This document shows, one piece after another, positions 1-13,800 of a DNA stretch of 64,000 nucleotides. Position numbers and translations under genes: made by a program. This DNA is from the human T2T-CHM13v2.0 reference genome, Homo sapiens. Numbering within the stretch: position 1 is the stretch's first letter; each line of letters begins with the position of its first letter. Location of the stretch: the NCBI RefSeq assembly GCF_009914755.1, contig NC_060948.1. One strand, 5' to 3'. The notes beneath the pieces are model-generated. The model worked only from the letters and a program-made list of their open reading frames with translations, was not told where the DNA came from and made no database searches.

Positions 1-7
1 AATGGAA

Positions 8-161
8 TTGAATGGAATGGGAACGAATGGAGTGAAATTGTATGCAGTAGAAGAGAATAGAATGGAATGCAAGCGAAAGGAAAGGAATGGATTGGAATGG
101 AATGGAATTCATTGGAATGGAAGGGAATGTAGTGTAATGGACAGGCCTGGAATAAAGTGGA
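8..161. other. DYZ1 diagnostic segment: binding sites of the classic Y1.2/Y1.1 sexing primers (154 bp amplicon), with EcoRI (105-110) and StuI/HaeIII (143-148) sites; repeated in every unit
   Basis: TTGAATGGAATGGGAACGAATGG at 8-30 and GGACAGGCCTGGAATAAAGTGGA at 139-161 (reverse complement TCCACTTTATTCCAGGCCTGTCC). Primer identity is from memory, not from a search. Confidence 0.85.
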
Positions 162-517
162 ATGCTACGGTCTCGAATGGAATAAAAATGTATGGAATGG
201 AATGCAATGAAACGGAATCGAATGTCATAGAATGTAATGGAATGCAAAAAAATGGAATCCAAAATCATTGACTGGAAAGGCTGGGTGTCGAAAGGAATTG
301 ACTCCAATGGAATGGAATCGAATGGAATGGAAGTGAATAGAATCGAACTAAATCGAATGGAATGGAATTGATAGGAACGGAATGGAAAGGAATGCAATGA
401 TTTGGCATGGAATGGAATCGAATGGCATCGAATGGAATGGAATGGAATGCATGGAATGGAATGTATTAGAATGTAATGAACTTTAATGGAATGTACTCGA
501 ATGGATTCGACTGGAAT

Positions 518-532
518 GGAATGTTCTGGAAG
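518..532. promoter_or_regulatory. Canonical heat-shock element motif gGAAt-gTTCt-gGAAg (HSE-A), present in all 18 units
   Basis: Exact match to nGAAnnTTCnnGAAn. Copies start at 518, 4107, 7665, 11259, 14833, 18402, 21986, 25545, 29114, 32673, 36232, 39791, 43370, 46954, 50538, 54112, 57686, 61270. The motif match is certain; function is inferred. Confidence 0.55.
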
Positions 533-797
533 TGAATGGACTCCAATGGAATGGATTCAAAAGGAATGGAATCGTACGGAATGGAATCTAATGGAATGGA
601 ATTAAATGGAAATGAATCAAATTGAATAGCACGGAATTGAATTGAATGGAATGGAATGCAATGGAATCTAATGAAACGGAAAGGAAAGGAATGGAATGGA
701 ATGGAATGGGCTGGAATGGAAAGGAATCGAAACGAATGGAATGGAATCGAAGTGAAGAGACTGGAATGGAATGCACTGGAATGGAAGGGAGTGTAAT

Positions 798-812
798 GGA
801 AGGTTCTCGAAA
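798..812. promoter_or_regulatory. Second canonical heat-shock element motif gGAAg-gTTCt-cGAAa (HSE-B), polymorphic between units
   Basis: Exact nGAAnnTTCnnGAAn 280 bp downstream of HSE-A. Intact at 798, 7945, 15113, 40071, 47234, 50818 and broken in the other 12 units. Confidence 0.45.
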
Positions 813-3286
813 AAAATGGAATCGAATGGAATGGAATTGAATGGAACGGAATAGAGTCGAATGGAATTGAATGGAATGGAATGGACTAGAGTGAAATGGA
901 ATCGAACCACAAGGAATGGACAGGAATAGAATGGTCTCGAATTGAATGGAATCGTATGGAATGGCATCAAACGGAATGGAATGGACAGCCACGGAATGGA
1001 ATGCACTCGGATGCAATGGAGTCGAAACTAATGGACTGGAATAGAATGGACTCGACTGGTACGGACTCCAATGGAATGGAATCGAATGGAAGGGAATCGA
1101 ACGGAATGGAATCGAACGGAATGGACTCGAAGGGAAAAGACTGCAATGGAAAGGTCTCGAATGGAATGGAAATTAATGGAATGGAATGGAATCGAATGAA
1201 ATGGAGTCAAAAGGAATGGAATCGAATGGCAAGAAATCGAATGTAATGGAATCGCCAGGAATTGATGTGAACGGAACGGAATGGAATGGAATCCAAAGGA
1301 ATGGAATAGAATGGAATGGAATCGAATGGAAAGGACTCGAATGGAAATCACTCGAATAGAATGCAATTTAATAAAATAGGATCAAATGTAATGGAATGGA
1401 ATGGAAAGGAATCGAAACGAAAGGAATGGAGACAGATGGAATGGAATGGAACAGAGAGCAATGGTATAGAATGGAATGGAATCATCTGGAATGGAATTGA
1501 ATGGAATGGAATAATATGAAATGGAATGGAATGGAATGGAATGGAATGCCCTTGAATTAAATGGACTGGAATGGAATGGACTCAAACAGAGTGGAATGGA
1601 AAGTGTGGAGATAGAATGGAATGAACTCCTTTGGAATGGTGTAGTATGCAATGCAATCGACTGGCAGGGAGTCAAAAGGTATGTAATCGAATGGATTGGA
1701 CTGGAATGCAAAGGACTCGAATAGATTGGAAACGGAATGCAAAGGAATGGAATGGAATAGTATGGAATGCAATGGAAGGGAATGCAGTGGAATAGACTAG
1801 AGTGGAATGGAATGGACTGGAAAGCAATGGACTGGAATGGAACTTTCTTGGATGGACTGGAATCAAACGGAATGGAATGCAGTGCAATCAAATGGCATGG
1901 AATAAAATAGAATGAAAGAGAATCAAATGGAATTGAATCGAATGGAATCGAATGGATTGGAAAGGAATAGAATGGAATGGAATGGAATTGACTCAAATGG
2001 AATGGACTAGAATGGAATGGATTCGAATGGAAGGCAAAGGAATGGAATCTATTGGAATGGACTGTAATGGAATGGAATGGAAGGGATTGGAATGGACTCG
2101 AATGGAATGGACTGCAATAGAAAGGATTCGAATGGAATGAAAAAGAATTGAATGGAATAGAACAGAATGGAATCAAATCGAATGAAATGGAATGGAATAG
2201 AAAGGAATGGAATGAAATGGAATGGAAAGGATTCGAATGGAATGCAATCGAATGGAATGGAATCGAACGGAATGGAATAAAATGGAAGAAAACTGGCAAG
2301 AAATGGAATCGAAATGAATGGAGTGTTATGGAACGGACTCAAAAGGAATTGAATGTAATAGAATGGAGTGGAGTGGACTCGAATATAATGGACTGGAATG
2401 GAATGAAATCACATGGAATGGGAACGAATGGAATGGAATGGAAAGGAATGGAATCGAATGGAAAGGAATCGAATGGAAGGGAATGAAATTGAATCAACAC
2501 GAATGGAAGGGAATAGAATAGACTGTAATGGAATGGACTCGAATAGAATGGACACGAATGCTCAAATTAAATGGACTCGAATGGAATGGAAACGAAAGGA
2601 ATGTCATCGAATGGAATTGAATCGATTGGAATGAAATCGCATAGAATGGAGTGGAATCAAATGGAATTGAATCGAAAGGAAAGGAAGCGAATGGACTGAA
2701 ATGAAATGGAATGGAATTGAATGGAAAGTAATGCAATGGAATAGAATGGAACGAAATTTCACGGAATGGAATCAAACTGAATGGAATCAAATCAATGGAA
2801 TCAAATCAAATGGAATGGAAAGGAATTGAATGGAGTAGATGGGATTGGATGGGATTGGAATGAAATGTACTGGAAAGGACTCGAATTTCATGAAACGGAA
2901 TGGAATGAATTGGAACGGAATGGACTCGAATGGAATGGAATGTCATGGGATGGCATCAAATGGAATGACATCAAATGGAATGGAATCGAATGCAATGGAA
3001 TGCTATGGAATGGAATGGAATGCATTGGAATGGAATGTCCGCTAATGGAATGGATTCGAGTGGAATGGAATTGAATATAATGGAGTCGAATGAAATGGAA
3101 TTGAAAGGAATGGGATCGAATACAATGGAATATACTGGAATGTAACGTAATGAACTCGAATGTAATTGACTGGAATGGAATGTACATGAATGGAATGTAA
3201 TCGAATGGAAAGTAATCCAATGGAATAGAATCTAATGCAATAAAATCGACTCAGATAGAGTAGAATGTAATGGAATGGAGTGCAGT

Positions 3287-3366
3287 GCAATGGAATGGAA
3301 TGGAATGGAATGCAATGGAATGGAATGGAATGGAATGGAATGGAATGGAATGGAATGAGATGGAAT
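3287..3366 (+). repeat. Near-perfect (GGAAT)n microsatellite tract inside each unit, variable in length
   Basis: GCAAT(GGAAT)4GCAAT(GGAAT)n GGGAT with n from 4 to 11 among units (e.g. n=4 at 31913-31932, n=10 at 56896-56945). Confidence 0.9.
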
Positions 3367-3733
3367 GGGATGGAATGGTATGGAATGGATAGTAATGGAC
3401 TGGAGTGAAATGGACTGGAAAGGAATGGACTCAAATTGAAAGGTCTCGAAAGGAATGGAGTCAAATGGAATGGTCTGGAATGGAATGAACACGAATGTAA
3501 TGCAACCCAATAGAATGGAATCGAATGGCATGGAATATAAAGAAATGGAATCGAAGAGAATGGAAACAAATGGAATGGAATTGAATGGAATGGAATTGAA
3601 TGGAATGGGAACGAATGGAGTGAAATTGTATGCAGTAGAAGAGAATAGAATGGAATGCAAGCGAAAGGAAAGGAATGGATTGGAATGGAATGGAATTCAT
3701 TGGAATGGAAGGGAATGTAGTGTAATGGACAGG

Positions 3734-6700
3734 CCTGGAATAAAGTGGAATGCTACGGTCTCGAATGGAATAAAAATGTATGGAATGGAATGCAATGAAA
3801 CGGAATCGAATGTCATAGAATGTAATGGAATGCAAAAAAATGGAATCCAAAATCATTGACTGGAAAGGCTGGGTGTCGAAAGGAATTGACTCCAATGGAA
3901 TGGAATCAAATGGAATGGAAGTGAATAGAATCGAACTAAATCGAATGGAATGGAATTGATAGGAACGGAATGGAAAGGAATGCAATGATTTGGCATGGAA
4001 TGGAATCGAATGGCATCGAATGGAATGGAATGGAATGCAATGGAATGGAATGTATTAGAATGTAATGAACTTTAATGGAATGTACTCGAATGGATTCGAC
4101 TGGAATGGAATGTTCTGGAAGTGAATGGACTCCAATGGAATGGATTCAAAAGGAATGGAATCGTACGGAATGGAATCTAATGGAATGGAATTAAATGGAA
4201 ATGAATCAAATTGAATAGCACGGAATTGAATTGAATGGAATGGAATGCAATGGAATCTAATGAAACGGAAAGGAAAGGAATGGAATGGAATGGAATGGGC
4301 TGGAATGGAAAGGAATCGAAATGAATGGAATGGAATCGAAGTGAAGAGACTGGAATGGAATGCACTGGAATGGAAGGGAGTGTAATGCAAGGTTCTCGAA
4401 AAAAATGGAATCGAATGGAATGGAATTGAATGGAACGGAATAGAGTCGAATGGAATTGAATGGAATGGAATGGACTAGAGTGAAATGGAATCGAACCACA
4501 AGGAATGGACAGGAATAGAATGGTCTCGAATTGAATGGAATCGTATGGAATGGCATCAAACGGAATGGAATGGACAGCCACGGAATGGAATGCACTCGAA
4601 TGCAATGGAGTCGAAACTAATGGACTGGAATAGAATGGACTCGACTGGTACGGACTCCAATGGAATGGAATCGAATGGAAGGGAATCGAACGGAATGGAC
4701 TCGAAGGGAAAAGACTGCAATGGAAAGGTCTCGAATGGAATGGAAATTAATGGAATGGAATGGAATCGAATGAAATGGAGTCAAAAGGAATGGAATCGAA
4801 TGGCAAGAAATCGAATGTAATGGAATCGCCAGGAATTGATGTGAACGGAACGGAATGGAATGGAATCCAAAGGAATGGAATAGAATGGAATGGAATCGAA
4901 TGGAAAGGACTCGAATGGAAATCACTCGAATAGAATGCAATTTAATAAAATAGGATCAAATGTAATGGAATGGAATGGAAAGGAATCGAAACGAAAGGAA
5001 TGGAGACAGATGGAATGGAATGGAACAGAGAGCAATGGTATAGAATGGAATGGAATCATCTGGAATGGAATTGAATGGAATGGAATAATATGAAATGGAA
5101 TGGAATGGAATGGAATGGAATGCCCTTGAATTAAATGGACTGGAATGGAATGGACTCAAACAGAGTGGAATGGAAAGTGTGGAGATAGAATGGAATGAAC
5201 TCCTTTGGAATGGTGTAGTATGCAATGCAATCGACTGGCAGGGAATCAAAAGGAATGTAATCGAATGGATTGGACTGGAATGCAATGGACTCGAATAGAT
5301 TGGAAACGGAATGCAAAGGAATGGAATGGAATAGTATGGAATGCAATGGAAGGGAATGGAGTGGAATAGACTAGAGTGGAATGGAATGGACTGGAAAGCA
5401 ATGGACTGGAATGGAACTTTCTTGGATGGACTGGAATCAAACGGAATGGAATGCAGTGCAATCAAATGGCATGGAATAAAATAGAATGAAAGAGAATCAA
5501 ATGGAATTGAATCGAATGGAATCGAATGGATTGGAAAGGAATAGAATGGAATGGAATGGAATTGACTCAAATGGAATGGACTAGAATGGAATGGATTCGA
5601 ATGGAAGGCAAAGGAATGGAATCTATTGGAATGGACTGTAATGGAATGGAATGGAAGGGATTGGAATGGACTCGAATGGAATGGACTGCAATAGAAAGGA
5701 TTCGAATGGAATGAAAAAGAATTGAATGGAATAGAACAGAATGGAATCAAATCGAATGAAATGGAATGGAATAGAAAGGAATGGAATGAAATGGAATGGA
5801 AAGGATTCGAATGGAATGCAATCGAATGGAATGGAATCGAACGGAATGGAATAAAATGGAAGAAAACTGGCAAGAAATGGAATCGAAATGAATGGAGTGT
5901 TATGGAACGGACTCAAAAGGAATTGAATGTAATAGAATGGAGTGGAGTGGACTCGAATATAATGGACTGGAATGGAATGAAATCACATGGAATGGGAACG
6001 AATGGAATGGAATGGAAAGGAATGGAATCGAATGGAAAGGAATCGAATGGAAGGGAATGAAATTGAATCAACACGAATGGAAGGGAATAGAATAGACTGT
6101 AATGGAATGGACTCGAATAGAATGGACACGAATGCTCAAATTAAATGGACTCGAATGGAATGGAAACGAAAGGAATGTCATCGAATGGAATTGAATCGAT
6201 TGGAATGAAATCGCATAGAATGGAGTGGAATCAAATGGAATTGAATCGAAAGGAAAGGAAGCGAATGGACTGAAATGAAATGGAATGGAATTGAATGGAA
6301 AGTAATGCAATGGAATAGAATGGAACGAAATTTCACGGAATGGAATCAAACTGAATGGAATCAAATCAATGGAATCAAATCAAATGGAATGGAAAGGAAT
6401 TGAATGGAGTAGATTGGATTGGATGGGATTGGAATGAAATGTACTGGAAAGGACTCGAATTTCATGAAACGGAATGGAATGAATTGGAACGGAATGGACT
6501 CGAATGGAATGGAATGTCATGGGATGGCATCAAATGGAATGACATCAAATGGAATGGAATCGAATGCAATGGAATGCTATGGAATGGAATGGAATGCATT
6601 GGAATGGAATGTCCTCTAATGGAATGGATTCGAGTGGAATGGAATTGAATATAATGGAGTCGAATGAAATGGAATTGAAAGGAATGGGATCGAATACAAT

Positions 6701-7292
6701 GGAATATACAGGAATGTAACGTAATGAACTCGAATGTAATTGACTGGAATGGAATGTACATGAATGGAATGTAATCGAATGGAAAGTAATCCAATGGAAT
6801 AGAATCTAATGCAATAAAATCGACTCAGATAGAGTAGAATGTAATGGAATGGAGTGCAGTGCAATGGAATGGAATGGAATGGAATGCAATGGAATGGAAT
6901 GGAATGGAATGGAATGGAATGGAATGGGATGGAATGGTATGGAATGGATAGTAATGGACTGGAGTGAAATGGACTGGAAAGGAATGGACTCAAATTGAAA
7001 GGGCTCGAAAGGAATGGAGTCAAATGGAATGGTCTGGAATGGAATGAACACGAATGTAATGCAACCCAATAGAATGGAATCGAATGGCATGGAATATAAA
7101 GAAATGGAATCGAAGAGAATGGAAACAAATGGAATGGAATTGAATGGAATGGAATTGAATGGAATGGGAACGAATGGAGTGAAATTGTATGCAGTAGAAG
7201 AGAATAGAATGGAATGCAAGCGAAAGGAAAGGAATGGATTGGAATGGAATGGAATTCATTGGAATGGAAGGGAATGTAGTGTAATGGACAGG
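3734..7292. repeat. DYZ1 unit U2 (3559 bp)
   Basis: HaeIII interval; short 15-bp allele, n=7. Confidence 0.93.
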
Positions 7293-10200
7293 CCTGGAAT
7301 AAAGTGGAATGCTACGGTCTCGAATGGAATAAAAATGTATGGAATGGAATGCAATGAAACGGAATCGAATGTCATAGAATGTAATGGAATGCAAAAAAAT
7401 GGAATCCAAAATCATTGACTGGAAAGGCTGGGTGTCGAAAGGAATTGACTCCAATGGAATGGAATCGAATGGAATGGAAGTGAATAGAATCGAACTAAAT
7501 CGAATGGAATGGAATTGATAGGAACGGAATGGAAAGGAATGCAATGATTTGGCATGGAATGGAATCGAATGGCATCGAATGGAATGGAATGGAATGCATG
7601 GAATGGAATGTATTAGAATGTAATGAACTTTAATGGAATGTACTCGAATGGATTCGAGTGGAATGGAATGTTCTGGAAGTGAATGGACTCCAATGGAATG
7701 GATTCAAAAGGAATGGAATCGTACGGAATGGAATCTAATGGAATGGAATTAAATGGAAATGAATCAAATTGAATAGCACGGAATTGAATTGAATGGAATG
7801 GAATGCAATGGAATCTAATGAAACGGAAAGGAAAGGAATGGAATGGAATGGAATGGGCTGGAATGGAAAGGAATCGAAACGAATGGAATGGAATCGAAGT
7901 GAAGAGACTGGAATGGAATGCACTGGAATGGAAGGGAGTGTAATGGAAGGTTCTCGAAAAAAATGGAATCGAATGTAATGGAATTGAATGGAACGGAATA
8001 GAGTCGAATGGAATTGAATGGAATGGAATGGACTAGAGTGAAATGGAATCGAACCACAAGGAATGGACAGGAATAGAATGGTCTCGAATTGAATGGAATC
8101 GTATGGAATGGCATCAAACGGAATGGAATGGACAGCCACGGAATGGAATGCACTCGAATGCAATGGAGTCGAAACTAATGGACTGGAATAGAATGGACTC
8201 GACTGGTACGGACTCCAATGGAATGGAATCGAATGGAAGGGAATCGAACGGAATGGAATCGAACGGAATGGACTCGAAGGGAAAAGACTGCAATGGAAAG
8301 GTCTCGAATGGAATGGAAATTAATGGAATGGAATGGAATCGAATGAAATGGAGTCAAAAGGAATGGAATCGAATGGCAAGAAATCGAATGTAATGGAATC
8401 GCCAGGAATTGATGTGAACGGAACGGAATGGAATGGAATCCAAAGGAATGGAATAGAATGGAATGGAATCGAATGGAAAGGACTCGAATGGAAATCACTC
8501 GAATAGAATGCAATTTAATAAAATAGGATCAAATGTAATGGAATGGAATGGAAAGGAATCGAAACGAAAGGAATGGAGACAGATGGAATGGAATGGAACA
8601 GAGAGCAATGGTATAGAATGGAATGGAATCATCTGGAATGGAATTGAATGGAATGGAATAATATGAAATGGAATGGAATGGAATGGAATGGAATGCCCTT
8701 GAATTAAATGGACTGGAATGGAATGGACTCAAACAGAGTGGAATGGAAAGTGTGGAGATAGAATGGAATGAACTCCTTTGGAATGGTGTAGTATGCAATG
8801 CAATCGACTGGCAGGGAGTCAAAAGGTATGTAATCGAATGGATTGGACTGGAATGCAAAGGACTCGAATAGATTGGAAACGGAATGCAAAGGAATGGAAT
8901 GGAATAGTATGGAATGCAATGGAAGGGAATGCAGTGGAATAGACTAGAGTGGAATGGAATGGACTGGAAAGCAATGGACTGGAATGGAACTTTCTTGGAT
9001 GGACTGGAATCAAACGGAATGGAATGCAGTGCAATCAAATGGCATGGAATAAAATAGAATGAAAGAGAATCAAATGGAATTGAATCGAATGGAATCGAAT
9101 GGATTGGAAAGGAATAGAATGGAATGGAATGGAATTGACTCAAATGGAATGGACTAGAATGGAATGGATTCGAATGGAAGGCAAAGGAATGGAATCTATT
9201 GGAATGGACTGTAATGGAATGGAATGGAAGGGATTGGAATGGACTCGAATGGAATGGACTGCAATAGAAAGGATTCGAATGGAATGAAAAAGAATTGAAT
9301 GGAATAGAACAGAATGGAATCAAATCGAATGAAATGGAATGGAATAGAAAGGAATGGAATGAAATGGAATGGAAAGGATTCGAATGGAATGCAATCGAAT
9401 GGAATGGAATCGAACGGAATGGAATAAAATGGAAGAAAACTGGCAAGAAATGGAATCGAAATGAATGGAGTGTTATGGAACGGACTCAAAAGGAATTGAA
9501 TGTAATAGAATGGAGTGGAGTGGACTCGAATATAATGGACTGGAATGGAATGAAATCACATGGAATGGGAACGAATGGAATGGAATGGAAAGGAATGGAA
9601 TCGAATGGAAAGGAATCGAATGGAAGGGAATGAAATTGAATCAACACGAATGGAAGGGAATAGAATAGACTGTAATGGAATGGACTCGAATAGAATGGAC
9701 ACGAATGCTCAAATTAAATGGACTCGAATGGAATGGAAACGAAAGGAATGTCATCGAATGGAATTGAATCGATTGGAATGAAATCGCATAGAATGGAGTG
9801 GAATCAAATGGAATTGAATCGAAAGGAAAGGAAGCGAATGGACTGAAATGAAATGGAATGGAATTGAATGGAAAGTAATGCAATGGAATAGAATGGAACG
9901 AAATTTCACGGAATGGAATCAAACTGAATGGAATCAAATCAATGGAATCAAATCAAATGGAATGGAAAGGAATTGAATGGAGTAGATGGGATTGGATGGG
10001 ATTGGAATGAAATGTACTGGAAAGGACTCGAATTTCATGAAACGGAATGGAATGAATTGGAACGGAATGGACTCGAATGGAATGGAATGTCATGGGATGG
10101 CATCAAATGGAATGACATCAAATGGAATGGAATCGAATGCAATGGAATGCTATGGAATGGAATGGAATGCATTGGAATGGAATGTCCGCTAATGGAATGG

Positions 10201-10885
10201 ATTCGAGTGGAATGGAATTGAATATAATGGAGTCGAATGAAATGGAATTGAAAGGAATGGGATCGAATACAATGGAATATACTGGAATGTAACGTAATGA
10301 ACTCGAATGTAATTGACTGGAATGGAATGTACATGAATGGAATGTAATCGAATGGAAAGTAATCCAATGGAATAGAATCTAATGCAATAAAATCGACTCA
10401 GATAGAGTAGAATGTAATGGAATGGAGTGCAGTGCAATGGAATGGAATGGAATGGAATGCAATGGAATGGAATGGAATGGAATGGAATGGAATGGAATGG
10501 AATGGAATGGGATGGAATGGGATGGAATGGTATGGAATGGATAGTAATGGACTGGAGTGAAATGGACTGGAAAGGAATGGACTCAAATTGAAAGGTCTCG
10601 AAAGGAATGGAGTCAAATGGAATGGTCTGGAATGGAATGAACACGAATGTAATGCAACCCAATAGAATGGAATCGAATGGCATGGAATATAAAGAAATGG
10701 AATCGAAGAGAATGGAAACAAATGGAATGGAATTGAATGGAATGGAATTGAATGGAATGGGAACGAATGGAGTGAAATTGTATGCAGTAGAAGAGAATAG
10801 AATGGAATGCAAGCGAAAGGAAAGGAATGGATTGGAATGGAATGGAATTCATTGGAATGGAAGGGAATGTAGTGTAATGGACAGG
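7293..10885. repeat. DYZ1 unit U3 (3593 bp)
   Basis: HaeIII interval; 1-bp deletion at ~7597, long allele, 11 slots; near-copy of U1. Confidence 0.93.
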
Positions 10886-13800
10886 CCTGGAATAAAGTGG
10901 AATGCTACGGTCTCGAATGGAATAAAAATGTATGGAATGGAATGCAATGAAACGGAATCGAATGTCATAGAATGTAATGGAATGCAAAAAAATGGAATCC
11001 AAAATCATTGACTGGAAAGGCTGGGTGTCGAAAGGAATTGACTCCAATGGAATGGAATCGAATGGAATGGAAGTGAATAGAATCGAACTAAATCGAATGG
11101 AATGGAATTGATAGGAACGGAATGGAAAGGAATGCAATGATTTGGCATGGAATGGAATCGAATGGCATCGAATGGAATGGAATGGAATGCAATGGAATGG
11201 AATGTATTAGAATGTAATGAACTTTAATGGAATGTACTCGAATGGATTCGACTGGAATGGAATGTTCTGGAAGTGAATGGACTCCAATGGAATGGATTCA
11301 AAAGGAATGGAATCGTACGGAATGGAATCTAATGGAATGGAATTAAATGGAAATGAATCAAATTGAATAGCACGGAATTGAATTGAATGGAATGGAATGC
11401 AATGGAATCTAATGAAACGGAAAGGAAAGGAATGGAATGGAATGGAATGGGCTGGAATGGAAAGGAATCGAAACGAATGGAATGGAATCGAAGTGAAGAG
11501 ACTGGAATGGAATGCACTGGAATGGAAGGGAGTGTAATGCAAGGTTCTCGAAAAAAATGGAATCGAATGGAATGGAATTGAATGGAACGGAATAGAGTCG
11601 AATGGAATTGAATGGAATGGAATGGACTAGAGTGAAATGGAATCGAACCACAAGGAATGGACAGGAATAGAATGGTCTCGAATTGAATGGAATCGTATGG
11701 AATGGCATCAAACGGAATGGAATGGACAGCCACGGAATGGAATGCACTCGAATGCAATGGAGTCGAAACTAATGGACTGGAATAGAATGGACTCGACTGG
11801 TACGGACTCCAATGGAATGGAATCGAATGGAAGGGAATCGAACGGAATGGACTCGAAGGGAAAAGACTGCAATGGAAAGGTCTCGAATGGAATGGAAATT
11901 AATGGAATGGAATGGAATCGAATGAAATGGAGTCAAAAGGAATGGAATCGAATGGCAAGAAATCGAATGTAATGGAATCGCCAGGAATTGATGTGAACGG
12001 AACGGAATGGAATGGAATCCAAAGGAATGGAATAGAATGGAATGGAATCGAATGGAAAGGACTCGAATGGAAATCACTCGAATAGAATGCAATTTAATAA
12101 AATGGGATCAAATGTAATGGAATGGAATGGAAAGGAATTGAAACGAAAGGAATGGAGACAGATGGAATGGAATGGAATAGAGAGCAATGGTATAGAATGG
12201 AATGGAATCATCTGGAATGGAATTGAATGGAATGGAATAATATGAAATGGAATGGAATGGAATGGAATGGAATGCCCTTGAATTAAATGGACTGGAATGG
12301 AATGGACTCAAACAGAGTGGAATGGAAAGTGTGGAGATAGAATGGAATGAACTCCTTTGGAATGGTGTAGTATGCAATGCAATCGACTGGCAGGGAATCA
12401 AAAGGAATGTAATCGAATGGATTGGACTGAAATGCAATGGACTCGAATAGATTGGAAACGGAACGCAAAGGAATGGAATGGAATAGTATGGAATGCAATG
12501 GAAGGGAATGGAGTGGAATAGACTAGAGTGGAATGGAATGGACTGGAAAGCACTGGACTGGAATGGAACATTCTTGGATGGACTGGAATCAAACGGAATG
12601 GAATGCAATGCAATCAAATGGCATGGAATAAAATAGAATGAAAGAGAATCAAATGGAATTGAATCGAATGGAATCGAATGGATTGGAAAGGAATAGAATG
12701 GAATGGAATGGAATTGACTCAAATGGAATGGACTAGAATGGAATGGATTCGAATGGAAGGCAAAGGAATGGAATCTATTGGAATGGACTGTAATGGAATG
12801 GAATGGAAGGGATTGGAATGGACTCGAATGGAATGGACTGCAATAGAAAGGATTCGAATGGAATGAAAAAGAATTGAATGGAATAGAACAGAATGGAATC
12901 AAATCGAATGAAATGGAATGGAATAGAAAGGAATGGAATGAAATGGAATGGAAAGGATTCGAATGGAATGCAATCGAATGGAATGGAATCGAACGGAATG
13001 GAATAAAATGGAAGAAAACTGGCAAGAAATGGAATCGAAATGAATGGAGTGTTATGGAACGGACTCAAAAGGAATTGAATGTAATAGAATGGAGTGGAGT
13101 GGACTCGAATATAATGGACTGGAATGGAATGAAATCACATGGAATGGGAACGAATGGAATGGAATGGAAAGGAATGGAATCGAATGGAAAGGAATCGAAT
13201 GGAAGGAAATGAAATTGAATCAACACGAATGGAAGGGAATAGAATAGACTGTAATGGAATGGACTCGAATAGAATGGACACGAATGCTCAAATTAAATGG
13301 ACTCGAATGGAATGGAAACGAAAGGAATGTCATCGAATGGAATTGAATCGATTGGAATGAAATCGCATAGAATGGAGTGGAATCAAATGGAATTGAATCG
13401 AAAGGAAAGGAAGCGAATGGACTGAAATGAAATGGAATGGAATTGAATGGAAAGTAATGCAATGGAATAGAATGGAACGAAATTTCACGGAATGGAATCA
13501 AACTGAATGGAGTCAAATCAATGGAATCAAATCAAATGGAATGGAAAGGAATTGAATGGAGTAGATGGGATTGGATTGGATTGGAATGAAATGTACTGGA
13601 AAGGACTCGAATTTCATGAAACGGAATGGAATGAATTGGAACGGAATGGACTCGAATGGAATGGAATGTCATGGGATGGCATCAAATGGAATGGCATCAA
13701 ATGGAATGGAATCGAATGCAATGGAATGCTATGGAATGGAATGGAATGCATTGGAATGGAATGTCCTCTAATGGAATGGATTCGAGTGGAATGGAATTGA

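Larger units (their letters stand above)
146..3733. repeat. DYZ1 unit U1 (3588 bp)
   Basis: HaeIII-to-HaeIII interval; 1-bp deletion at ~450, long 15-bp allele, 10 pentamer slots in the variable tract. Confidence 0.93.

Noticed and set aside
1382-2299. 305-aa minus-strand ORF and all other listed ORFs (MEWNG.../FHSIP... repeats), recurring in each unit
   Set aside because: Pure (GGAAT)n and (ATTCC)n have no stop codons, so long ORFs are expected. The products are the 5-residue periodic translation of the pentamer, many starts are non-ATG, and the ORFs are broken freely between units (e.g. stop at ~16207).
2486-2810. DUX4-like motifs (AAATTGAATCA, GAATCAAATCA)
   Set aside because: They lack the initial TAA of the DUX4 consensus, so support is insufficient.
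2752-2895. Two-pentamer HSE-like or palindromic sites (cGAAatTTCa at 2752, TTTCATGAAA at 2886)
   Set aside because: Only two pentamers and out of register with the flanking GAA lattice, so not canonical trimer sites. The 10-bp palindrome is too short to imply a structure.
151-3244. AATAAA hexamers (151, 181, 1370, 1901, 2276, 3239) as poly(A) signals on the G-rich strand
   Set aside because: They arise trivially from GGAAT followed by an A-rich variant pentamer. No transcript evidence is available from sequence alone.
3536-3543. TATAAAGA TATA-like box
   Set aside because: Imperfect match. It lies ~570 bp upstream of the next HSE on the + strand, the wrong order for an HSE-TATA promoter, and is easily derived by chance.
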